A stretch of DNA of 24,000 nt, from positions 239,495-263,494 of the forward strand of contig NZ_JAWXCX010000001.1 in the NCBI RefSeq assembly GCF_033845285.1, written 5' to 3'. This document shows positions 15,620 to 23,313 of this stretch, piece after piece. Each line of letters starts with the position of its first letter. The first letter of the stretch is position 1. Both the position numbers and the translations under genes were made by a program. The DNA comes from Marinococcus sp. PL1-022. GTDB lineage: Bacteria > Bacillota > Bacilli > Bacillales > Marinococcaceae. The notes below the pieces were generated by a model that saw only the letters and a list, made by a program, of their open reading frames with translations, was not told the DNA's origin and made no database searches.

Positions 15620-16441
15620 ATGCAGAACAAGGAACAGTCGGCAGTTATCTCGTTGTATGAAAGCAAGCATAAAGAAAAAGACACAGTAGCTACGCACACG
15701 CATGACACCCATCAGCTGCTGTATGTTCTTGATGGGGACGGAGCCTGCGAGCTGGATGAACACGTGTATGATATTACGGCGGATTCTTTTCTTATTGTGC
15801 CTCCCAAAACGAGGCATTCAATCCGTGCGGATTCACATATGACAGTGTTGGTGCTGGAATTGGACGCCGGGAAGCTCAGCCGGGATGTGCGTACACAGCT
15901 GATTCCAAACGTTTTTGGCACGGCCCGTGTACAGTCCTTCAGCGCTATTGACAGCAGTGAGCTCCGGCAGATTATGCGGAAAATGCTTTATGAGCAGTCC
16001 CACGGCGACCAGCTCTGGCAGATGGCGCTTAAAATTCATATTGCTGAGCTCCTTTGCACACTTGCCCGCTCCAATCAGGACGCCGGACCGGGAGATACGA
16101 ATAAACTGCGGGTGGAACGCCTCCGGCAGTACATTGATACGCGTTATTATGATATTGAAAGCGCAGAGGATATCGCCGGCCGGATGGGGATGAGTAAGCG
16201 GTATATGCAGACTATTTTTAAAGAATACTACGAACGGACGCCGATGCAGTATCTGACTGAGGTCCGTCTCGGACTCGTCAAGCAGCTGCTTTTGGAAAGC
16301 GATAAAGATATTGTATCCATATGCTTTGAGGTAGGGTTCGAATCGTTATCCACGTTCTATCGTTTATTTAAAAAACACGTCGGAGTTCCACCGAACATGT
16401 ACCGGACGACCCAGAGAAGCAGGGAAGGGAAGCAGGACTGA
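15620..16441 (+). CDS. AraC/XylS family transcriptional regulator with an N-terminal cupin sensor domain
   Basis: ATG 15620 follows GGAGGA (the track ORF starts at 15575). The cupin-like region is HTHD.HQLLYVLDG......D....I...SFLIVPP..RH. The C-terminal double HTH ends in ...GFESLSTFYRLFKK..G.PP..YR. Confidence 0.85.
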   Translation: MQNKEQSAVISLYESKHKEKDTVATHTHDTHQLLYVLDGDGACELDEHVYDITADSFLIVPPKTRHSIRADSHMTVLVLELDAGKLSRDVRTQLIPNVFGTARVQSFSAIDSSELRQIMRKMLYEQSHGDQLWQMALKIHIAELLCTLARSNQDAGPGDTNKLRVERLRQYIDTRYYDIESAEDIAGRMGMSKRYMQTIFKEYYERTPMQYLTEVRLGLVKQLLLESDKDIVSICFEVGFESLSTFYRLFKKHVGVPPNMYRTTQRSREGKQD

Positions 16442-16503
16442 GCGTTAAATCATTTCCGAATCTGAGAATAAACGTCTGCAACTAATAAGACAGCGCATAC
16501 ATT

Positions 16504-16538
16504 TCTCTCTAGACTGAGAAGTAATCAGTTTAGAGAGG
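16504..16538 (+). promoter_or_regulatory. 14-bp-arm inverted repeat / leader hairpin abutting the Shine-Dalgarno of the first operon gene
   Basis: TCTCTCTAGACTGA (16504-16517), loop GAAGTAA, then TCAGTTTAGAGAGG (16525-16538). As RNA, all 14 positions pair (12 Watson-Crick, 2 G-U). The 3' arm contains most of GAGAGGAG (16533-16540), upstream of ATG 16551. Confidence 0.45.
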
Positions 16539-16550
16539 AGCAGGATTAAA

Positions 16551-17702
16551 ATGGCCGAACATACTATTGGCATTATTATGAACGGAGTAACAGGGAGAAT
16601 GGGGACGAGACAGCACCTGATCCGCTCGATTGCAGCTATCCGCGAGCAGGGAGGCGTCGAGATTGATAAGGGTGAATACATCATGCCGGATCCTGTTTTA
16701 GTAGGCAGAAACGAAGAAAAATTGAAAGCGCTTGCCAAGGAGCATGATATTGCACGCTGGACGACCAGCCTGGACGAAGCCCTCGCAGATGAACATAATG
16801 TGGTTTATTTTGATTCCCAGACGACATCAAGACGTGCTGAAGGCATTAAACGGGCAATTGAAGCCGGTAAACACATTTACTGTGAAAAGCCGACAGCCAC
16901 CTCGATGGAAGGAGCGCTTGAATTAGCCCGTCTGGCTAAAGAGGCTGGAGTTAAAAACGGAGTCGTGCAGGACAAGCTGTTTCTGCCTGGTGTATTGAAG
17001 CTGAAAAGGCTGATCGATGCCGGATTTTTCGGGGAAATACTGTCGGTCCGCATGGAGTTCGGCTACTGGGTATTTGAAGGCGGGTGGCAGGAATCCCAGC
17101 GCCCGTCCTGGAACTACAAAAAAGAAGAAGACGGCGGTATTGTGGTGGACATGTTCCCGCACTGGCGCTATGTGCTTGATGAATTATTCGGCTCGGTCCA
17201 ATCGGTCTCCGCTTCGGTGAAAACGCATATTCCGGAGCGTGTGGACGAGGCGGGAAATACGTATAAAGCAACGGCGGATGACGCCGCCTACGCCACGATG
17301 GAGCTTGAAGGCGGTATTACGGCGCAGATTAACTCCTCCTGGGTGGTACGGGTGGACCGCGATGACCTGCTGACGATTCAGGTGGACGGAACCGAAGGCA
17401 GTGCTGTAGCCGGTCTTAGAAACTGCAAGACCCAGCACCGGGTGAATACGCCAAAGCCTGTGTGGAACCCAGACCTCGAAAACACGATTGACTTTCAGAA
17501 CCAGTGGGAGGAAGTGCCGGACAATCAGCTGTTTGAAAATGCATTCAAAATCCAGTGGGAAATGTTTTTAAAGCACGTGCATCAGGATGAAGCTTTTCCG
17601 TGGGATCTGCTCGAAGGGGCAAAAGGCATGCAGCTGGCTGATCTTGGGCTGCAGTCATCTAAAGAACGCCGCTGGCTCGACGTGCCGGAACTGAATATAT
17701 AA
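16551..17702 (+). CDS. Gfo/Idh/MocA family NAD(P)-dependent oxidoreductase (paralog 1)
   Basis: 383 aa. Has an N-terminal Rossmann segment IGIIMNGVTGRMG, the family-typical CEKP motif, and a C-terminal alpha/beta dimerisation-type domain. Confidence 0.9.
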   Translation: MAEHTIGIIMNGVTGRMGTRQHLIRSIAAIREQGGVEIDKGEYIMPDPVLVGRNEEKLKALAKEHDIARWTTSLDEALADEHNVVYFDSQTTSRRAEGIKRAIEAGKHIYCEKPTATSMEGALELARLAKEAGVKNGVVQDKLFLPGVLKLKRLIDAGFFGEILSVRMEFGYWVFEGGWQESQRPSWNYKKEEDGGIVVDMFPHWRYVLDELFGSVQSVSASVKTHIPERVDEAGNTYKATADDAAYATMELEGGITAQINSSWVVRVDRDDLLTIQVDGTEGSAVAGLRNCKTQHRVNTPKPVWNPDLENTIDFQNQWEEVPDNQLFENAFKIQWEMFLKHVHQDEAFPWDLLEGAKGMQLADLGLQSSKERRWLDVPELNI

Positions 17703-17715
17703 GGAGGGGCAGCTG

Positions 17716-18900
17716 ATGACAAACTATATTTATTTGCCGAAGGCAGACGGAAGCACGTACCGGTATGAATTGACGCAGACAGAACCTCTGCCGGCTCCTT
17801 CGAAAAGCGAGTTCACCTCGAGGACAGCATATTCTGCCGTTCATGTGACAGCAGACCCGTTTGGCAGCAGTGACCCGGTCCGCCGTCCGGCTATTGACTG
17901 GGACAAAACGATGGAGTACCGCCATTACCTGTGGTCTCTCGGCCTGTCGGTGGCAGAGGCGATGGATACTGCCCAGAGAGGCATGGGGCTGGTCTGGGAG
18001 GATGCGAAGGAGCTGATCACCCGCTCAGTGCGGGAAGCAAAGAGCGTGGGCGGCAATATTGCCAGCGGCGCCGGTACGGATCATCTGGTGCCCGGGCCGG
18101 ACGTGACCATTGACGACGTGGTGCAGGCGTACGAAGAGCAGTGCTCCTTCGTGGAGCAGGCCGGAAGTAAAATCATTATGATGGCAAGCCGGGCCCTTGC
18201 CAAAGCGGCCTCATCTGCGGAGGATTACGAATACGTATACGGTAAAATTCTAAACCAGGTGAAGGAGCCGGTCATTCTGCACTGGCTTGGAGATATGTTT
18301 GATCCGAACCTTGCCGGCTACTGGGGCTCAGACGACGTCGATGAGGCGATGGAGGTCTGTCTGCGCGTGCTTCATACGCATGCAGATAAAATTGAAGGCA
18401 TCAAAATTTCGCTTCTGGATGATCAGAAAGAAATCGACATGCGGCGGAGACTGCCGGAAAGCGTTAGAATGTATACTGGTGATGACTTTAATTATCCGAG
18501 TCTGATTGAAGGAGATGAGCAGGGGTACAGCCACGCGCTGCTTGGCATTTTTGATGCGATCGCCCCGGCAGCTGCCGCTGGCTTAAAAGAACTGGATGCG
18601 GGTAATATGCAGAAATACCATGAGATTATGGATCCGACCGTTCCGCTCGCCCGTCATATTTTTCAGCAGCCGACGTTTGCGTATAAAACCGGTGTGGTGT
18701 TTTTAGCTTATTTGAACGGCCATCAGCCGCATTTCCGTATGGTTGCCGGGGCAGAAAGCGCCCGGTCCGTGCTGCATTTCAGCGAATTATTCCGGCTGGC
18801 CGACGAAGCCAGCGTGTTCCGGGATCCGGAGCTTGCTGCAGCGCGCATGAAGCCGATGCTTGAGCTTGCCGGTCTGCAGGCAAAGGAGGTTTATAAATAA
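17716..18900 (+). CDS. DUF993 family protein (uncharacterised, TIM-barrel-like)
   Basis: 394 aa. RTAYSAVHVTADP......IDWDKTMEYRHYLWSLGLSVAEAMDTAQRGMGL matches the hallmark N-terminal block I remember for DUF993. That family is typically annotated only as 'DUF993' or 'dihydrodipicolinate synthase family'. RBS AAGGAGGGG. Confidence 0.7.
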   Translation: MTNYIYLPKADGSTYRYELTQTEPLPAPSKSEFTSRTAYSAVHVTADPFGSSDPVRRPAIDWDKTMEYRHYLWSLGLSVAEAMDTAQRGMGLVWEDAKELITRSVREAKSVGGNIASGAGTDHLVPGPDVTIDDVVQAYEEQCSFVEQAGSKIIMMASRALAKAASSAEDYEYVYGKILNQVKEPVILHWLGDMFDPNLAGYWGSDDVDEAMEVCLRVLHTHADKIEGIKISLLDDQKEIDMRRRLPESVRMYTGDDFNYPSLIEGDEQGYSHALLGIFDAIAPAAAAGLKELDAGNMQKYHEIMDPTVPLARHIFQQPTFAYKTGVVFLAYLNGHQPHFRMVAGAESARSVLHFSELFRLADEASVFRDPELAAARMKPMLELAGLQAKEVYK

Positions 18901-19718
18901 TGGGTTCTCCTGATATGAATCGTCTGAGCCTGAATCAGATCACTACGGAAAACTTGTCTCTGAAGGAGGCTGCCGAAGGGTGCGCGGAACAGCAGATCCC
19001 CTGGATATCTGTATGGCGGCACAAAATAGAGGAAATCGGTTTAAAGGAAAGTAAAAAAATCATCGACGCCAACGGGCTGAAGGTCTCAAGCGTGTGCCGG
19101 GGCGGGATGTTCCCGGCCGCCGATAAAGAAGAACGCCTCCGGCGCATCGATGACAATAAACGAGCGGTGGAAGAGGCTGCAGAGCTGGGCACGGACGTGC
19201 TGGTGCTCGTATGCGGCCCGTCGCCTGATAAGGATCTTATCCGGAGCAGGGAATGGGTGCGCGAAGGCATTGAAGCAGTACTCCCCTTTGCGGAGCAGTA
19301 CGGGGTGAAGCTTGGTATTGAACCGCTCCATCCTATGTATGCGGCAGACCGTTCGGTGATCACCACCCTTGGAGAAGCTAATCAGCTGCAGCAGCAGGTG
19401 GGCAGCAGCCATCTTGGCGTCGTCGTGGATGTGTTCCACGTCTGGTGGGATCCATTTTTGTACAGGGAAATTGAACACGCCGGAGACACCATTCTGGGCT
19501 TTCACGTATCGGACTGGAGTGTGCCGCTGCCGGACATATTTAAAGGCCGCAGCATGATGGGAGAAGGCGTGATTGATATTCCGCGTATCCGCGGTGCGGT
19601 CGAGAAGCAGGGCTACCATGGTCCGATTGAGGTCGAGATTATCAATCAGGCCATCTGGGACCAGCCTGGGGAGCAGACCTTAAAGCAGATGAAAGACGCT
19701 TATCATATACACGTTTAA
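18900..19718 (+). CDS. Sugar phosphate isomerase/epimerase (xylose-isomerase-like TIM barrel, AP_endonuc_2 fold)
   Basis: 272 aa. Contains LGIEPLHP, VVDVFHVWWD, GFHVSDW, GEGVIDIP and GY.GPIEVEI, the metal-ligand-bearing strands typical of this fold. Its ATG overlaps the DUF993 stop (TAATG). Confidence 0.85.
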   Translation: MGSPDMNRLSLNQITTENLSLKEAAEGCAEQQIPWISVWRHKIEEIGLKESKKIIDANGLKVSSVCRGGMFPAADKEERLRRIDDNKRAVEEAAELGTDVLVLVCGPSPDKDLIRSREWVREGIEAVLPFAEQYGVKLGIEPLHPMYAADRSVITTLGEANQLQQQVGSSHLGVVVDVFHVWWDPFLYREIEHAGDTILGFHVSDWSVPLPDIFKGRSMMGEGVIDIPRIRGAVEKQGYHGPIEVEIINQAIWDQPGEQTLKQMKDAYHIHV

Positions 19719-19724
19719 ACAGAT

Positions 19725-19754
19725 AATAGCGGGGCCTGAAGGCTTGCCGCTATT
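19725..19754 (+). other. Intra-operon stem-loop without a U-tract
   Basis: AATAGCGG (19725-19732) pairs with CCGCTATT (19747-19754), with inner GCC/GGC pairing. It is followed by GTCGTATG, which is not a T-run. It sits in the 71-nt gap between operon genes 3 and 4. Confidence 0.4.
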
Positions 19755-19789
19755 GTCGTATGTTACAAAGCAAAAGGAGAGATGTTTTA

Positions 19790-20869
19790 ATGCCGAAGCC
19801 GTCCGAACATACAAATTTTGAACCGGTGCACCACGAAGAGTCTGCCGTAGAAGAAGGGACACTCACAATGGCAGCCGCAGGCCTTGAGCATGGCCATATT
19901 TACGGCATGTGCCACGGAATGAAAAGCGCCGGAGCGACAGTCAAATGGGTCTGGGACAAAGATCCGGAAAAAGTACGAGCGTTTCAGCAGAGCTTTCCGG
20001 AAGCCAAAGAGGCAGAATCACTTTCGCAGGTTCTGCAGGACAAAGGGGTACAGCTGGTGGCAAGCGCTGCTATTCCTGCGGAAAGAGGCCCGCTTGGCCT
20101 CAAAGTGATGGACCACGGCAAACACTACTTTTCCGCTAAGGCACCGTTTACCACTCTCGAACAGCTGCAGCAGGCGGAAGAGAAAACAAAAGCCACCGGG
20201 CTGAACTGGGCCGTTTTTTACAGTGAACGGCTGCAGGTGGAATGCGCAGGCTTTGCCGAGCAGCTGATCAACGAGGGAGCGATTGGAGAAGTCATTCAGG
20301 TGCTTGGTACCGGACCGCACCGGTTGAATATAGCGTCGCGTCCGGAATGGTTTTTCCAAAAAGAGCCCACCGGGGGTATTGTATGCGACATCGGAAGCCA
20401 CCAGATTGAACAGTTCCTCTGGTTCAGCGGCGCCCGGGATGCCGAGGTGCTCAGCAGTACAGCAGCGAATATGGCGCACCCGGAGCATCCCGAATTTGAG
20501 GATTACGGTGACGCCCACCTCCGGGGAGATAACGGAGCGGTACACTATTTTCGCGTGGACTGGTTTACGCCGGACGGCCTGAGCAATTGGGGGGATGGCC
20601 GGACAATAATTCTGGGCACGGAAGGGTATATAGAACTCAGAAAATACGTGGATCTTACAGACAGTGCACGTGGCGAGCGGCTGTATCTGGTTAACCAGGG
20701 CGGCGAAAGAAAATATGATGTAGAAGGGAAAGTAGGATTCCCTTATTTTTTCCGCCTGGCAAAGGACGTGGTGCACGGCACAGTGACAGCCATGCCGCAG
20801 GAGCATGCGTTTAAAGCGGCAGAGCTCAGCCTGAAGGCACAAAAGCAGGCAATAAAGATTAAACGGTAG
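19790..20869 (+). CDS. Gfo/Idh/MocA-like oxidoreductase, divergent (paralog 2)
   Basis: The overall Gfo/Idh/MocA layout is present. The glycine-rich loop reads AAAGLEHGHIYG and the position of the usual EKP motif reads SAKAP. ATG 19790 follows AAAGGAGAG. ATG 19868 (MAAAGLEHG) is an alternative start. Confidence 0.7.
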   Translation: MPKPSEHTNFEPVHHEESAVEEGTLTMAAAGLEHGHIYGMCHGMKSAGATVKWVWDKDPEKVRAFQQSFPEAKEAESLSQVLQDKGVQLVASAAIPAERGPLGLKVMDHGKHYFSAKAPFTTLEQLQQAEEKTKATGLNWAVFYSERLQVECAGFAEQLINEGAIGEVIQVLGTGPHRLNIASRPEWFFQKEPTGGIVCDIGSHQIEQFLWFSGARDAEVLSSTAANMAHPEHPEFEDYGDAHLRGDNGAVHYFRVDWFTPDGLSNWGDGRTIILGTEGYIELRKYVDLTDSARGERLYLVNQGGERKYDVEGKVGFPYFFRLAKDVVHGTVTAMPQEHAFKAAELSLKAQKQAIKIKR

Positions 20870-20885
20870 CAGGAGGTTAAAAGAA

Positions 20886-22076
20886 ATGGAACAGTCATGC
20901 CGGATCGTCCTGGCGGGCACAGCAGGATACGGGGAATTATATTTGCAGACATTAATAGAACAAAACCGCCTTTCCTGGGTGGTGGGCGTGGTCGACATTT
21001 TCCCGGAAAACAGCTCTTTTTATCAGGATATTCAGGCGGCAGGCATTCCGGTATACGAATCACTGGAGACTTTTTACGCCGAAAAGGAAGCGGAATTGGC
21101 AGTGATCGCGACACCTATTCATCTTCATGCCGCTCAGGCAGTTACAGCGATGAGGGCGGGGAGCCACGTACTCTGCGAAAAGCCAGCGTCGGCCTCGTGG
21201 GAGGAAGCAGAAGAAATGCGCCGGGTGCGTGATGAAACCGGAAAATTTTTAGCGGTCGGCTTTAACTGGTCGTTTAGTAATGCCGTACTCGAGTTCAAGG
21301 AAGACATTCAGGCAGGTAAATTTGGAAGGCCGCTTCACGGCAGTGCCCTGGTGCTCTGGCCGCGCAATGAAGCGTATTACGGGCGCTCCAGCTGGGCAGG
21401 CAAAAAGCTTGGCGCAGGCGGTGCCCCGATTTTTGACAGTGTGGCAAATAACGCGACAGCCCACTTTATGCATAATTTGTTTTATGTGCTCGGAGACACC
21501 AAAAACGAAAGCACAAAAATAAATACTCTGGAGATGGAAGTGTACCGTGCCAACCCGATTGAGACATTTGATACATGTGCACTCCGGGCGGTAACTGATA
21601 AAGATGTGGATCTGACATTTTTTGCTTCACATGCGGTTGAAAAAGAAGTGAATCCTTCCTTTTATATGGAGTTTGAAGATGCGGTAGTTTCCTACGAATG
21701 GGGGAGCCCGGTGAAAGCGTTGTGGCACAGCGGGGCAGAAAAAAGCTATAATGATCCTGAGAGTGAACATATGCATAAACTAGATGTATGTATCGATGCG
21801 GTGCTCGGGCATTCCCAGGATATCCGCTGCGGTCTGGAGGCGTCTTACTCTCATCTGCTGACCATTGAAAGCGTGCATCAGGCATTTCCCGAAAGCTATG
21901 CCTTTGCGGAGGAGGTGAAACAGGTGGACGCCTCCCTCGGTTTGACGTATATTCCGGGACTCGCAGAGGTGCTTGAAGCCTGTTACACAGAGCGAAAGCT
22001 TCCGGGGGAAACTACAGCAGCCTGGGCACGGGAAAAGAAAATGCTAAGCATTAACGGCGCCCGCTATCCGTATTGA
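20886..22076 (+). CDS. Gfo/Idh/MocA family oxidoreductase (paralog 3)
   Basis: 396 aa. Has the N-terminal IVLAGTAGYG loop and the CEKP motif. RBS AGGAGG. Confidence 0.85.
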   Translation: MEQSCRIVLAGTAGYGELYLQTLIEQNRLSWVVGVVDIFPENSSFYQDIQAAGIPVYESLETFYAEKEAELAVIATPIHLHAAQAVTAMRAGSHVLCEKPASASWEEAEEMRRVRDETGKFLAVGFNWSFSNAVLEFKEDIQAGKFGRPLHGSALVLWPRNEAYYGRSSWAGKKLGAGGAPIFDSVANNATAHFMHNLFYVLGDTKNESTKINTLEMEVYRANPIETFDTCALRAVTDKDVDLTFFASHAVEKEVNPSFYMEFEDAVVSYEWGSPVKALWHSGAEKSYNDPESEHMHKLDVCIDAVLGHSQDIRCGLEASYSHLLTIESVHQAFPESYAFAEEVKQVDASLGLTYIPGLAEVLEACYTERKLPGETTAAWAREKKMLSINGARYPY

Positions 22077-22104
22077 ATATGCATTATCTAAGGGGGACAA
22101 AAGC

Positions 22105-23136
22105 ATGCTTCAGGAAGAAAAGCTAAAGCACCAGACAATGCGAAAATGGATAATCCAAAAAGGAAAAAGCCCCCGGGTGGAACTGTTAAACCTTGGGGCA
22201 AGAGTTCAGCGGATATGGGCGAAGGACCGAAATGGAGTTGAAGAAAATATTTTGCTCAGCTACGCAGGGCTGGAGCAGTACGAGCGGGACAACATCTTTC
22301 TCGGCGCAGTCGTCGGCCCGGTGGCTGGTCGTATTCCCGAGGGACGGATGACAGCAGCCGACGTAGAGCATCCCTTAACTACAAATGAAGGCAGGCATCA
22401 TTTGCATGGAGGAGACGGCGGCTTTGGCAATGTCTACTGGGAAGCCGACGCCGGTGAAGATGACCAGCAGGCATGGGTACGTTTTTCGATTCACAGAACG
22501 GACGGCACTGACGGCTATCCTGGGAATGTGAAGGCATCTGTTACTTACATTGTGGAGGCCGGCGGCGATTTTACCGTCGAATATGATGGAGAGTCAGATA
22601 CTGATACCTGGTTCAGCCCGACCCAGCATATGTACATAAACCTGAGCGGAAATAACAAGCGCCCGGTCACAGAACAGCATGCTGAGATTCAAGCCTCGGA
22701 GGTCCTGGAGCTTGATAGAGAGCTGATTCCTACAGGAAAGCTTCTTTCAACAGCGGGAACGCCCTTTGAACTAAACGGAGATAAACCGCTCGGCGAACAT
22801 ATTAACAGCTCCCATGAGCAGGTGCGTGACGTGGCTGGCGGCATCGATCATTTTTTTATCCTCGAAGAAGGGAAAGAACCACAGGCAAGTGTATGGGATG
22901 AGTCTTCAGGACGGCAGCTTGATATTATCACAAGCGCTCCGGGGGCTGTGGTGTATACATCAAACAATGGGCCTGAACAGGATTTTGAAGCGGGACCCAG
23001 AGAAAAGCACCGCGGTATCTGCATTGAAACCCAGCAGCTGCCGGTGGATTTTGCTCATTTAGGAAAGCCAACTGCATATCTGAGTGCAAAAAACCATTTC
23101 CAGAGTTCTACGACCCTTCGAATGAACACAAGATAA
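22105..23136 (+). CDS. galM: Aldose 1-epimerase (mutarotase) family protein
   Basis: 343 aa. Contains GR...R, HLHGG..GF....W, GYPGN, PTQHMYINL, GIDHFF and the C-terminal CIETQQLP, which are the ordered hallmark motifs of aldose 1-epimerases. RBS AAGGGGGA. Confidence 0.85.
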   Translation: MLQEEKLKHQTMRKWIIQKGKSPRVELLNLGARVQRIWAKDRNGVEENILLSYAGLEQYERDNIFLGAVVGPVAGRIPEGRMTAADVEHPLTTNEGRHHLHGGDGGFGNVYWEADAGEDDQQAWVRFSIHRTDGTDGYPGNVKASVTYIVEAGGDFTVEYDGESDTDTWFSPTQHMYINLSGNNKRPVTEQHAEIQASEVLELDRELIPTGKLLSTAGTPFELNGDKPLGEHINSSHEQVRDVAGGIDHFFILEEGKEPQASVWDESSGRQLDIITSAPGAVVYTSNNGPEQDFEAGPREKHRGICIETQQLPVDFAHLGKPTAYLSAKNHFQSSTTLRMNTR

Positions 23137-23141
23137 CCAAG

Positions 23142-23171
23142 AAAAAACAACTCTTCCGGAGTTGTTTTTTT
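23142..23171 (+). terminator. Rho-independent terminator ending the sugar operon
   Basis: Stem AACAACTC (23146-23153) / GAGTTGTT (23159-23166), loop TTCCG, then TTTTT. Confidence 0.85.
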
Positions 23172-23236
23172 ATAGAATTCTTCTGTTTTCTTCTGAAATT
23201 GAGAGTGAAATTCTTAATTTAATAAGACGTAGTTTT

Positions 23237-23250
23237 TGAAAGCGCTTAAA
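23237..23250. promoter_or_regulatory. cre-like (CcpA) catabolite-responsive element
   Basis: TGAAAGCGCTTAAA matches the cre consensus TGWAANCGNTNWCA at 13 of 14 positions. The mismatch is the penultimate C. It lies 64 nt upstream of the TRAP binding-protein ATG. Confidence 0.45.
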
Positions 23251-23313
23251 ATAATAACAAAGCAGTAGAGAACAGATATTTCCTTGCTGAAAAAATAGAA
23301 AGGGGTTTCTTAT

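Noticed and set aside
16462-16520. Direct repeat CTGAGAA..AA (16462 and 16514) as possible AraC half-sites
   Set aside because: A 7-mer recurring once within about 100 bp is close to chance expectation. The second copy is also already explained as part of the leader inverted repeat.
20018-20998. 326-aa ORF antisense to Gfo/Idh/MocA paralog 2 and the start of paralog 3
   Set aside because: The translation is Cys/Arg/Phe-rich and low in complexity, with no recognisable motif and no RBS. It lies fully opposite two well-supported genes that have clear family motifs. It is a typical shadow ORF.
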